This document shows, piece by piece, positions 53,501 to 64,000 of a stretch of DNA of 64,000 nt. The notes below the pieces were generated by a model. That model did not search any database and was not told the DNA's origin. It worked only from the letters and a program-made list of their open reading frames with translations. The DNA is taken from NCBI GenBank assembly GCA_002633005.1, contig NMRA01000667.1, forward strand, positions 37,280 to 101,279. The letters run 5' to 3'. The translations under genes and the position numbers were made by a program. The stretch's first letter is position 1. Every line of letters begins with the position of its first letter. Source of the stretch: Phoronis australis (lineage: Eukaryota; Animalia; Phoronida).

Positions 53501-56500
53501 ACACAGACTGCTTTAAATGCATTAACCGACATAGCTAATGACTCCAAAACACATTTGGTGGAGCTTGAAAAATCATTAGACACATATTGCTCACGAACTC
53601 TTTGTGCAACCAATGTTTTCACATTGCCACATATAAAATAACTCCTTAGTTGTAGTTAATGAAAATAAAATGCTTAATTTGAACCCAGGTCAAAACCTTA
53701 AAATGTCATTTCTCAATAGAATAATTAGGAATACAGGGGACTGATAACTGCCTCATACCCTCCATGCAATAAATCATGTGAATTTCTGGTCGCATGGTTC
53801 AAAAAATTTCCCAGGGATTAATTACCCCTGACTGGAGTAAAATTCCCCAATCAGAATGCACAGGCACCGTTCCTGTAAGGTGCAATGAGGTACGAGAATA
53901 AAATTATTTTCATAAAAAATAATACTTAATCTAACCTGTGGCTATGAAATTCTTTAAATTTTATTACTTATTAAAATGACGCAGTAGCACCTGGAGAACA
54001 AGAGTTCAAGTTTCGGAAAACAAGTTCCTACCAGTGTGGAAGATAATCATTCTAGTCGTATTTATTAACAATTCAGTCTGTATTTAAGTTTAACCATGCC
54101 ACGACCCTAGATGGTTTGATTTTGTGACAAGCAATCCTATTCCCCTGTGGAAGTATTTTTATAAAACATGCAAACTTACACTCCAATGATTAGAAAATTC
54201 CCCTAAAATTTAGAATTACTTCTGGAGAGTGTTAGGCTTGTGTACTAATTAAGAGCATAGGTATCTATGGTGCTGTAATGACCACAATATTTGCTCAATA
54301 TAAACAGATTGATCACAAAACTAAACATTTGAGTTCAGCTGCTCCCATGCCACCCCAGTGAAGTGAGCTGGTCAAGGACAGCAACGTTGTACTGTCTAGG
54401 CACACCGCGCCATTTTATGATCTTTATTACAAAAAACACAATGTAGGTAGAAAGCAATTATATCTAGGCACACCGTGGTCATAGTGTTGGGTTTCTATTT
54501 AAGAAATGATTACTTGTACCTGAGGGATACTGGTTTGAATGCATGGAAATTCAATGGACTAAAAAATTTCATCAAATTCCTGAAAAATGCCCTTCATTGT
54601 AATCCGGGCATTCTTAAACTGGATGGTTGTGAGTGACCTTTTATTCATTCTCATTACTAATCTAAGTTGAAAACATTCATGTGGGGTACATAACTTAACC
54701 TCTGTAGGCTTTTCACACCTTTTGTGTGGTTGACTAACATTCTTTAGGGACCACAAGAATGTTAATCATAATGTCAAAGGTGACTTAGAGAAAACTGAAG
54801 TTAGGATGTTATATATAATTCATATTGCCAAAAAAAAAACAGATTTGGCTGGAGAACTAAAATAACTATGATTATGTAAGCGCAATGTGAAAGATTTAGG
54901 TAGACACAATTGCACATAATCTTCTGAGTTTAGTCTTGGTTGAGTTTCAGGAACATAGTACAAATGAAATCAAAACAAAAGTCATATTTGAGTTGAGAAT
55001 ATTCTTTTATGACTTTACGGGCTACCTCTAATGTAAAAAGCTTCACACGATATTTAACTAACTCATTGGCTTTCCTCAAAGGTTTCACAACTGCGTGCGT
55101 CTAAAATTGGAGATAGGCTAAACTTCGCACATGGGCCTAAATGCACCTACATGGAGTATAAATATTTGCTAAACTTTCATTGCTCAATAACTCCAGGTCA
55201 TATAGTTTCGCGCTGCAGTAAGTCGTCAGTTATTTGCACGAACACAAAATGATCAATGCAATGACATTCCAGAGGTTAACAACCTTGCTGCAAATGATCA
55301 AAAGTATACACGTAATTCTATGGCATGCCTACTACACAATGGTGGCAAGAACTAAGTGCACTGATTTTCTAAGAGGATCTTTTAGTCCAGTGTCATTCTT
55401 CTCTATATCTGTCACCTTTCAAATTTGTGAAAAATTTATCACACCCTTGTGTTGGTGAACTAAGTAACACAGGCAAAGCAGGTTAACTACCAGAACACAA
55501 GCCTGACAGCTGACCCTTACATAACCACAGCCTAAGCTAATGGAAAACACAATACTCTAGAAGGGAGCAGAGTGATAACCTGCTAGTCCCTAGGAAATAG
55601 GTCAAAACAAGTTCATCTAGTGCAGCCCTGATTATTGACATGCAGTAATACCCCTTGTGCAAATCTATATGCGCTTGCGCGAAATCTTAGTTCCGCTAGA
55701 GCATCATGGGATCGTTTGAGGTTACCGCGTGACTAAGTCTACAGCTGTTGTTCCGTAAATTTGCGAGTCATGGAGAAAAAACTTACAGAGAACGATGTTT
55801 TTGGTGCAAAACTGGATGTGCCGTTTGAGGCAGCAAGTGTCGCTCGACTAAAGCGCTGGCTGAAATGCCGTGGTGCGCAGACTACTGGAAGGAAACCAGT
55901 CTTAATTCAACGGTAAGTACCGGAGTTGTAAGGAATGTAAGGCCTACACTGCGACGTGGTCACAACGTTGAACCACTCGTAATCGGGGCTATGAAGAGCT
56001 TTGATTTTTTATTTGTCACACTTTAGTGTACCCCGATGTTCCTTGTGAGATAAACACAGCAATTAATTATGTCAAGTCCAGTCAAGGGGTATTGTATGTT
56101 TTCTTTAGCCGCAGTGCTGTTCCTATTCAGCCCAGAGNTAAAAGATGCAAACTTACACTCCAATGATTGGAAAATTCCCCTAAAATTCAGAATTACTTCT
56201 GGAAAGTGTTAGTCTTGTATACTATAATCAAGAGCATAGGTATCTATGGTGCTGTAATGACCACAATATTTGGTCAATATAAACAGACTGATCACAAAAC
56301 CAAACATTTTAGTTCACATGCTCCCATGCCACCCCAGTACTATTGAAGTGAGCAGGTCAAGGACAAAACGTTGTACAGTCTAGGCACACCGTGACATTTT
56401 ATAATCTTTATTACAAAAAACACAATGTAGGTAGAAAGCACTTATATCTGGGTACACCGTGGTCATAGTGTTGGGTTTCCACTTAAGAAAACCTAAATGA

Positions 56501-59500
56501 TTACTTGAACCTGAGGGGTACTGGTTTGAATGCATGGAAATTCAATGGACTAAAAAATTTCATCAAATTCTTAAAAAATGCCCTTCATTGTAATCCGCGC
56601 ATTCTTAAACTGCATGGTTGTGAGTGACCTTTTATTCATTCTCAGTAGTAATCTAAGCTGAAAACATTCATGTGGGGTACATAACTTAACCTATGTAAGC
56701 TTTTCACACCTTTTGTGTGGTTGACTAACATTCTGTAGGGACCACAAGAATGTTAATCTTAATGTCAAAGGTGACTTAGAGAAAACTGAAGTTAGGGTGT
56801 TTATATATAATTCATTATGCCAAAAAAGACCAGATTTGGCTGGAGAACTAAAATAACTATGATTATGTAAGTGCAGTGTGAAAGATTTAGATCGACCCAA
56901 TTGCACATGATCTTCTGAGTATGGTCTTGGTTTAGTTTCAGGAACTTGGTACAACTGAAATCAAAACAAAAGTCATATTTGAGTTGAGAATATTCCTTAA
57001 TGACTTTACGGGCTACATCTAATGCAAAAAGCTGCACATGACATTTGACTAACTCATTGGCTTTCCTGAAAGGTTTCACCATTGCGAACGTCTAAAATTG
57101 GAAATAGGCTAAGCTTCGCACACGGGCCTAAATGCCCCTACATGGAGTATACATATTTGCTTAACTTTCATTGTTCAATAACTCCAGGTCATACAGTTTT
57201 GAGCGAAAGTAAGTTGCCAGTTATTTGCACAAACACATAACAATCAATGTAATGACACTTCAGAGGTTAACAGCCTTGCTGCAAATGATCAAAAGTATAC
57301 ACAATATTGCAATTCCATGGCATCCCTACTATACAATGGTGGCAAGAACTATGTGCACTGATTTTCTAAGAGCATCTTTTAGTCCAGTGTCATTCTCCTC
57401 TATATCTGTCACCTTTCAAATTCGTGAAAAATTTATCACCACACCCTTGTGTTGGTGAACAAAGTGACACAGGCAAAGCAGGTTAACTACCAGAACACAA
57501 GCTTGACAGCTGACCATTACATAACCACAGCATAAGCTAATGGGAAACACAATACTCTAGAAGGGAGCAGAGTGATAACCTGCTGGTCCCTAGGAAATAG
57601 GTCAAAACAAGTTCATCTAGTGCAGCCCTGATTATTGACATGCAGTAATTGTTTTGTTATGAAATTGCGCCTTAAGTTGTCATACATGGCAGGGTCCTGT
57701 AGGACCTCATAGCCAAGTCTGCATACTGAGGCAAATATGTACAATACAGTTACTATAAAGTTTAACTCAGTAAAACTTTGTAAATGTTTTGAAAGCAGAA
57801 AGTCTGTAAAACTTGATTTCGGACATTTTGGCAATCTGCCATCAATATGTCTCGTGTGAGCATAACAATTTGGTAAGATTTAGCAACAAAAGAAAGGTAC
57901 ATTGATAGCAAAACAAATGCATCAATAACATTCCTAAAATTTATGTGAAATAAATGTTCAAGATGAAATTTCAAAAATGCTGTTACAGTTTTCTAAATTA
58001 ACATATCGTTTGATGCAACTTTAGTTTATCCGTGAAAGTCACAAAAATCCTGTTATTTGATAACCCCTCACGCAAAGATGGAGCGTTTTAAAAACAAATC
58101 CTGACAGGGGTTGGGAGAACAGTGCGCAGAGCATAACATTTGAAAGTTTCGGATGAATACCATCTGCCATTTTCGAGATACGATGTTGTGAATTTAGCCA
58201 AATTTGGACATCTTGAGCTATTGTATAACCCTGAAACTAACAACACAGCTCCTAATGCAAGAAAGCAACAAGGGAGCACGTACCCATGGAGATAAGGCAG
58301 AAGGCAATGCGAAAATTTAGGCTCATAAACTGAGGCAGCTCAACAGTTCAGATGCAATCTGATCTGGATGANAATATGTACAATACAGTTACTATAAAGT
58401 TTAACTCAGTAAAACTTTGTATATGTTTTGAAAGCAGAAAGTCTGTAAAATTTGATTTCGGACATTTTGGCAATCTGCCATCAATATGACTCGTGTGAGC
58501 ACAACAATTTGGTAAGATTTAGCAACAAAAGAAAGGTACATTGATAGCAAAACAAATGCATCAATAACATTCCTAAAATTTATGTGACATAAATGTTCAA
58601 GACGAAATTTCAAAAATGCTGTTACGGTTTTCTAAATTAACATATCGTTTGATGCAACTTTAGTTTATCCGTGAAAGTCACAAAAATCCTGTTATTTGAT
58701 AACCCCTCACGCAAAGATGGAGCGTTTTAAAAACAAATCCTGACAGGGGTTGGGAGAACAGTGCGCAGAGCATAACATTTGAAAGTTTCGGATGAATACC
58801 ATCTGCCATTTTCGAGATACGATGTTGTGAATTTAGCCAAATTTGGACATCTTGAGCTATTGTATAACCCTGAAACTAACAACACAGCTCCTAATGCAAG
58901 AAAGCAACAAGGGAGCACGTACCCATGGAGATAAGGCAGAAGGCAATGCGAAAATTTAGGCTCATAAACTGAGGCAGCTCAACAGTTCAGATGCAATCTG
59001 ATCTGGATGAAAGTTTCATTACTGTTGATACAGAACAGCTAATGTGGAACTAGCAGGCTAATTCCTTATCTGTGTGACTGCTTGACCAAATTAGTTAGGA
59101 ACACAACATACAGCCGCGATGTGTATATGAAGTGGGTAGAAAATTGCCAAATGTTTCTGAGAATGAGTTTTGTGGCGAAAATGATCCACAACAAATCGCC
59201 GCACAATGTCCAGTAAATCGTGACATGGTGCTGCATGATGTGGGCTATGTGAGCGAGGTACGGCATTAGTGCAAAGGTCACCTATTCGCTGAATTTTTGT
59301 TTTTACATCAACAATGTGTCAGTGAATATACCTGCCCTTTTATGTTGAGCACAGATTATGTTAAAATAGCATTGTCGTTTAGTTCCTGCTATACATTAGC
59401 ACTGTTGGGAGCATGCAAATACATCTTTAATGATGACTGGAGTCCCACATTAGGGAGCAAGATTGGACAATTTATCAGTCACAAAGAGTTGGGTAACAGT

Positions 59501-62500
59501 AGCTAAGCAGCTGAAGCTGGTGTCATGTCATTGTTTCAAGACAATGGACTGGGGATAGGACCTGCTTAAAATGATCAATAATTCCCGCACCTTAGCTTCA
59601 AGGGTATTCAGGACTGGCTGACAGACTGCGGAATTATTAGCATTTATTGTCCTTAAAACATTGCTAAAACTGACACCATGAATCAAACTATTTCACCTGC
59701 AAGAAAGTGTCAAAAAAAGGATTGATCGTGCAAAGCTATGGCAAAACCAAAACTGTCAGAATCTGGTCACTGTTATCTTTGAAAACTTATAAAACGAAAC
59801 AGAAAGAAGGACAATGAGGACCACTTCAACAGGAAAGATAAACACATCAATGCAGTAATCTAGATGACAATGATAACTTGAACTGGTCATGTAAGCAGCA
59901 CTCATTCACACATGTATGCGCATGCCACTTGTGAAATTGGCGTTAGGAAATAGTCATTACTAGATACCTTCCTTTAAGAAAACTAGGTCAACCGAGAGTT
60001 TCTAGGAAATGGATCAAAAATTCATCTTGCCAACAGTTTCCAAATAATTTGACTAGTACTTCGCTGGCTTAATTTGACAACAAAACATCTACCATAGTTT
60101 TCTGGGCTGATGCCCAGGACGCTGAAATTGGGAAATTCGAAAATCAGGTAGTTCATCTTTTCTACGCTTATTTAGTGCGTAAGTGTACTCGCTTATGTCG
60201 AGCCCTACACAATAATATGACTGACAAGTGACATTCTGTTTTATTAAATTTCTCCATCAAATTAATGATTAGGAACGTTTTAGTCTACAAACATGGTTTG
60301 CAGTGTGCGGATATCATAAAGCAACATTTGCTTCTTAACTTCCTGTTAAATGCAAAAAGGTAATCAGCCAATGAAAGATGAAAAAATGATCACTTTGGCA
60401 ATCATTCTTCATTTAGCTGGAGAATTACTGTACTCAAAGCACAACTATTCCAAATGAGTACTGGCTGATCAAACCATAACCAAACCAGGAAATTTTGAAG
60501 GTGTTAATCAATAATATATACAACAAAGAGGTTGACAATCTCTTTGTCAGCGGTCTGAACTCCCTGGCAGTTTATCAAATAATTTTATCTTATCTGAGAT
60601 TCAACTGACATCACAATACACGTAAACATCCCAATTGAAGATACACTGAGCACATTTTCACAAATCATTGAAGCGAAATCAGATAGTTTTTATAACAAAG
60701 CAACCAAGATGTTTCCTTTGCCGCTGCTTAAAGACGAGAAAATCCATGCCACTGTAATAACACAGCTCCATGTGTCGTAGCACTGCGACAGGCCATGGCC
60801 AAAGCCACTTTCAATATAAGTAAATTTGCACTACTCAATACAGAGTTCCATTTATACATTTTTAATTTTTGTGTCCCAATCATGATGGGATACATCAGCA
60901 TAAACTTTGCAGAAATAAATGCTGCAGAAATACTAACATAACGTTTATTGTTCAGCAGCTCCGTTGACTGTTGGCCAACTGGAACTTATCCACTTAGATT
61001 GACGCCTCCATTTTTAAATTGATATGCTAAAAAGCAAAGGGTGCGCGGTAACCAGATTAAAAGAGAGCACAGACGCTCAAAAGCGAAACTTCAAGGGTGG
61101 ATGTTAAGGGGAACGCAAGCCTCACTCCATACCGGTATGACAAATTTGACAACTGCGCGCGTGCACGTGCAAGCTTTACCTTAGCATTCCTTCGAAGTGA
61201 CGTACACAACTTCTTTACTTCATCCACAGTGGGATCTAGACTTTGCTTGTAACGAGCCCTGGGTTGCCATCTTTCGTATTGCTTCTGTAGAGTGCTACCA
61301 ATGGCTTCTAGCGCCTTCTGTGGGCTCATAGATGTTGGATCTGAATGCAACAATTCAAATAGACAATCCTTACGCAAGGACACAATGAAGCAGAAAAGTT
61401 CGATTTCATTCCCATCAAAGCAGACACTGCAACAGACAATTAACGAGTTGCAAGGCAGATGCAAAAAATTGAAAAGCTGAGGAAGATGTAATACAACACT
61501 CAACACTAGTCTGACTCAGCTCAAAACTGTGTTAGTGGTCCTACCTTTCGAAAACTAGGTCAATAACACCATGTATTTTTCCACATCCACAAAAGAATAG
61601 AGTTGAAAGCTGTGCGAGTTACAATTGGCCAATCACAAACTTTGCAAAGTTTTGATCACTTGCAACAATTCTGTGAGCACTTGAAAAACCCACTTTAAGC
61701 AATCGCTTTTACTAAACACAGTCAGAATATGGTCGTCATGTGAACTGCATTGAGAAGAATAATCAACACAACAAATCTTATGCTGCCACCAGAGTGAGAC
61801 TGACCTACGTTTACCATTTTGGGTCTCGGAGGAGATTTATCATAGAAATGCATTGTTGCATTCTTCATAGGTCGAGAGCAGAACAAGAATCATGTTTAGA
61901 TCAGGTCTGAAGGACACACAGTAACTTGAATGACAGGAGAAGCAGGAATCTGTGATAACCTCTACACATTGCTATTCACAAGTTAAAATTTGAAACTGGT
62001 GGAACTTGCCTTCCCCAGCTGAAATCTAACTGGTCATTTAGAACCTCCCAGACCTTGACAACTTTAACCCGTTATTCACAGAAGAAAAATGGTTCTCAAA
62101 TTCTGGGAGCTCTGTAAGTCATTACTATTGCTAAAGAAGTAAAATTTTTAAAGTTAACTGCTACGCTGACCATATCATCATTTGAACACGCATGACATTT
62201 ACCTATCCAGCATTCTAGCCGCGCACACGGTGAAGTCTTGACAACATCAGGTGGATCGACTCCGACATTCAGGCACAGAACCAGTGCAACACTCACAGTC
62301 TTCATCTAAAAGTACACGTTCAGTTAAAACCAAAATAAAGTCACAGAAGGTCGCCTAAATATCACCACTTACAAAGATCCAAAAAGATTTTACACAATTT
62401 CTAACTGAACTGAACATACCGTAAAATCTCCAAATTAGGACATAACATGGTCAAAAAGCCAAATTTTATTTACCATTTTTCCATGCAAAATACGCAGTGC

Positions 62501-63383
62501 CAAAATAAATACTTTTCCACGTTTAAAAATTGTACTCAGGCACAGTTTTGAAAATTTGCAGTGATTCACAACATTGTTAAAACCCCTTGAAAATAGAAGG
62601 CAATTTTAATAATATATTGTAATAAGGTTCATTGCTCATGTACAAATTTGGCAAATATGACAGGAAATTCAGAGCCCTCGCTCACTTGAGCCTGAGGGGA
62701 GGGATTGTTTTTGTTCACAGTTCAAAGAATTTGAATAAAGGTTTTATGAATTATCAGTTTTCTCTACACTAAAAAATTCAAGCAGGTCACATTTACAACC
62801 AATTGTGCAGCATGTGCATATCATAGCGAACACACAAAAATGAAACTTTTTTAGTTCAACATGAAAAAAATCAATTGTATTGAGAGCTATTTAACAGGGC
62901 AAAATCAAAAAGGTCGCGGAGACCTGTTAAAACAAGTCATGTAAATGGAGAACACCGAGTATGACATCTGAGACATAGCCAAGCAATGCGATGGTCATAC
63001 ATATGCAATCTTAGGCAATATAAGACCTTAGCCACCGCTATTACGAGCGGAACTGAACTTGGGCACGGACTCAGACGCCTCCAGAAGCTAAGAAGTATTT
63101 CTGAGCCCAGGCTGCTGGCTGGGAGAGGTTCGAGTCACGGTGGGGGGCTGACTTGACTTGGCAATTACTACAAATGGTAATTTTTACCATGAGTTATAAT
63201 TACCCTCTCTTTCATCCTCCATGTCTGGGTGACGGCGTTCGAACTTTCTATTTTTTCTACATGGCGCTTATCAATGAAACTTTGAGCAAGCTGGTAATCG
63301 TTAAAATCGCTCAATGAACAATCGTCGAACTCCTTTTCTAATCCACTACTTTCTTCCGTGACCGGAGACAGCATTTTTAACAT
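26454..63383 (-). CDS. RPTOR: Regulatory-associated protein of mTOR (Raptor/KOG1), 30 coding exons, about 1328 aa
   Basis: RNC domain ([56 protein letters not shown]), ARM/HEAT region and C-terminal WD40 repeats. Splice phases are consistent across all exons, total 3987 nt. Confidence 0.96.
27370..27499 (-). CDS. RPTOR: RPTOR exon 29
   Basis: [39 protein letters not shown]. Confidence 0.95.
28481..28700 (+). repeat. Copy of the dispersed 220-bp repeat
   Basis: ttggaatgaccaatgag..aaaagaggaaaatttcc..cgttccacaaat is shared with the copy at 44068. Confidence 0.7.
28871..28987 (-). CDS. RPTOR: RPTOR exon 28
   Basis: [16 protein letters not shown]...[15 protein letters not shown]. Confidence 0.93.
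29580..29666 (-). CDS. RPTOR: RPTOR exon 27 (GC donor)
   Basis: [28 protein letters not shown]; donor AG|GCGAGT. Confidence 0.9.
30612..30849 (-). CDS. RPTOR: RPTOR exon 26
   Basis: SGLVLDWEQ...[11 protein letters not shown]...[13 protein letters not shown]...[14 protein letters not shown]. Confidence 0.95.
31384..31491 (-). CDS. RPTOR: RPTOR exon 25
   Basis: [10 protein letters not shown]...[16 protein letters not shown]. Confidence 0.95.
32210..32334 (-). CDS. RPTOR: RPTOR exon 24
   Basis: [38 protein letters not shown]. Confidence 0.95.
33148..33268. repeat. Palindromic repeat core (MITE-like); related copy at about 34431-34494
   Basis: attttgagaaccagttt ... aaactggttctcaaaat inverted pair present at both sites. 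Confidence 0.7.
33761..33875 (-). CDS. RPTOR: RPTOR exon 23
   Basis: [37 protein letters not shown]. Confidence 0.95.
34745..34955 (-). CDS. RPTOR: RPTOR exon 22
   Basis: ...[26 protein letters not shown]...RFTRNARVR. Confidence 0.88.
35237..35420 (-). CDS. RPTOR: RPTOR exon 21
   Basis: KTPPTTSS...[18 protein letters not shown]. Confidence 0.8.
36139..36224 (-). CDS. RPTOR: RPTOR exon 20
   Basis: ASLTAKPK...[10 protein letters not shown] (SAPxSP phospho-motif); phase matches the next exon. Confidence 0.8.
37091..37335 (-). CDS. RPTOR: RPTOR exon 19
   Basis: ...RRVSSSSS...[19 protein letters not shown]...INLK. Confidence 0.85.
38816..38920 (-). CDS. RPTOR: RPTOR exon 18 (variable linker)
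   Basis: ttttccag acceptor; [34 protein letters not shown]; phase 1-1, 105 nt; weak homology support. Confidence 0.6.
41144..41309 (-). CDS. RPTOR: RPTOR exon 17 (alternative donor possible at 41180)
   Basis: [28 protein letters not shown]...; two phase-1 GT donors. Confidence 0.8.
41951..42222. repeat. 93/94-bp tandem triplication spanning the 3' end of RPTOR exon 16 and its donor
   Basis: cactgtgtac...ccttc...tggactaccatcct...cccacactgtggtcaata occurs three times. Confidence 0.9.
42157..42297 (-). CDS. RPTOR: RPTOR exon 16
   Basis: [31 protein letters not shown]...DGSPLVRK. Confidence 0.93.
43071..43163 (-). CDS. RPTOR: RPTOR exon 15
   Basis: [31 protein letters not shown]. Confidence 0.95.
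43751..43915 (-). CDS. RPTOR: RPTOR exon 14
   Basis: [15 protein letters not shown]...[35 protein letters not shown]. Confidence 0.95.
44068..44287 (+). repeat. Copy of the dispersed 220-bp repeat
   Basis: Matches 28481-28700 directly and 13337-13551 in reverse. Confidence 0.7.
44909..44983 (-). CDS. RPTOR: RPTOR exon 13
   Basis: [25 protein letters not shown]. Confidence 0.95.
45301..45411 (-). CDS. RPTOR: RPTOR exon 12
   Basis: [37 protein letters not shown]. Confidence 0.95.
45911..45994 (-). CDS. RPTOR: RPTOR exon 11
   Basis: [28 protein letters not shown]. Confidence 0.95.
46561..47219. mobile_element. TTAA-flanked non-autonomous DNA element (Kolobok-like termini)
   Basis: Left end ttaa-aaggacaccgaaccag; reverse complement of the right end ttaa-agggatactaaacccag. 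Confidence 0.55.
47478..47655 (-). CDS. RPTOR: RPTOR exon 10
   Basis: [14 protein letters not shown]...[13 protein letters not shown]...[10 protein letters not shown]. Confidence 0.95.
48369..48513 (-). CDS. RPTOR: RPTOR exon 9
   Basis: [29 protein letters not shown]...HPM. Confidence 0.95.
48938..49038 (-). CDS. RPTOR: RPTOR exon 8
   Basis: [33 protein letters not shown]. Confidence 0.95.
49863..49922 (-). CDS. RPTOR: RPTOR exon 7
   Basis: [19 protein letters not shown]; phase 2-2. Confidence 0.9.
50245..50417 (-). CDS. RPTOR: RPTOR exon 6
   Basis: ...NCIQLAAC...[25 protein letters not shown]. Confidence 0.92.
51684..51833 (-). CDS. RPTOR: RPTOR exon 5
   Basis: [31 protein letters not shown]...EHQQ. 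Confidence 0.95.
52815..52877. repeat. Tandem repeat of about 22 bp x 3
   Basis: Unit gacaaatatttcaaaatttatc and variants. Confidence 0.7.
53308..53388 (-). CDS. RPTOR: RPTOR exon 4
   Basis: [27 protein letters not shown]. Confidence 0.95.
54163..57648. repeat. 1.5-kb duplicated intron segment (54163-55649 and about 56140-57648) either side of N 56138
   Basis: atgcaaacttacactccaatgatt...tgacatgcagtaat occurs twice, with many SNPs and small indels. Confidence 0.9.
55650..56137 (+). mobile_element. Probable left end of a DNA transposon present in only one copy; includes a SAP-like coding exon at 55770-55912
   Basis: Sequence absent from the second copy; ATG-initiated [47 protein letters not shown] followed by donor gtaagt; truncated at the N. 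Confidence 0.55.
57734..59010. repeat. 638-bp near-identical tandem duplicate either side of N 58372
   Basis: 57734-58371 matches 58373-59010 apart from a few SNPs. Confidence 0.92.
61180..61340 (-). CDS. RPTOR: RPTOR exon 3
   Basis: [14 protein letters not shown]...[34 protein letters not shown]. Confidence 0.95.
62203..62305 (-). CDS. RPTOR: RPTOR exon 2
   Basis: [34 protein letters not shown]. Confidence 0.95.
62940..63172 (+). mobile_element. Possible solo LTR with a Pol III B-box
   Basis: Starts TGTA, contains GGTTCGAGTC (63127-63136), and ends tggcaATTACTACA like the TRIM LTR end (tcggctATTACTACA). Confidence 0.4.
63204..63383 (-). CDS. RPTOR: RPTOR coding exon 1
   Basis: MLKMLSP...RHVEKIE...TQTWRMKER; donor gtaatt; exact start Met uncertain. 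Confidence 0.85.
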
Positions 63384-64000
63384 CTCTTCGCATTACATAG
63401 TCAATAACCAATTCTTGGCTAAAAAATTCGCGGAAATGGTGTTTGAATAACTGAAAATCATAACTTTTGAAGCATGCCTTCGTTGCGTGTTATTAAATTC
63501 CGGAAATTCAACTGACCCACAATGCATTCTGCTATTTACTGCTGTGAGAAGGGCACCTGATGGTTTTCCCAAATCCTTGGATTGCCAGACATCAAACTTA
63601 CGAAAGAGACATACAGTAATACGCGAAATCTTGTAAGGAATTTGTGTGGTATTGTTAATCACATAGTATTTACGAAATTATATGCAAATGATTGGAGCAT
63701 TTGCGATGCATTTTGATGAACACGTAGGAAGTGTACACTGAATAATACTAGCTCCGTACTATCGAATCCGTTATCACAGACCAGTCAGACCTCCGCATAT
63801 AAGTTTGTTTAGGTGTGAATCTGACCAGGAATATGCGACGGAAACTTCTGTATCCTGAACGTGAAAGCTTAGCGAAATGAATTAACAACAAAAATTTGAT
63901 TTTCCACGACTACCGTGCCCCTCCATGTTACTGCAGTATATACATGTGATCTGATGATGAATTCTTGAATAGGGTGTCATATGTGCGTCGTGTGTGGATT

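Overview
Animal (invertebrate-like) genomic DNA from a draft assembly with two convergent spliced genes. The plus strand carries a complete CDK1/cdc2 (7 coding exons, 13635-22032, 299 aa, PSTAVRE variant). The minus strand carries a complete RPTOR/Raptor (30 coding exons reconstructed by hand, 63383-26454, about 1328 aa, one GC-AG intron). The window starts with the frameshifted 3' end of an otopetrin-like gene. Three single-N joins (9724, 56138, 58372) each separate two adjacent near-identical copies of a segment, most likely both haplotypes assembled in tandem; one of them duplicates the CDK1 promoter and start exon. Introns hold many MITE-like, foldback and tandem repeats. The best discovery candidate is a non-coding miniature LTR retrotransposon (TRIM, 11209-11979, minus strand) with tRNA-like LTRs carrying Pol III A/B boxes, a 14-nt tRNA-Ser primer-binding site and a polypurine tract; a possible related solo LTR lies at 62940-63172. 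Other oddities are a metacaspase-type FHYSGHG motif in Raptor, a triplicated Raptor exon end that creates extra splice donors, and a copy-specific insertion carrying a SAP-like exon. All coordinates were derived by eye and no database searches were run.
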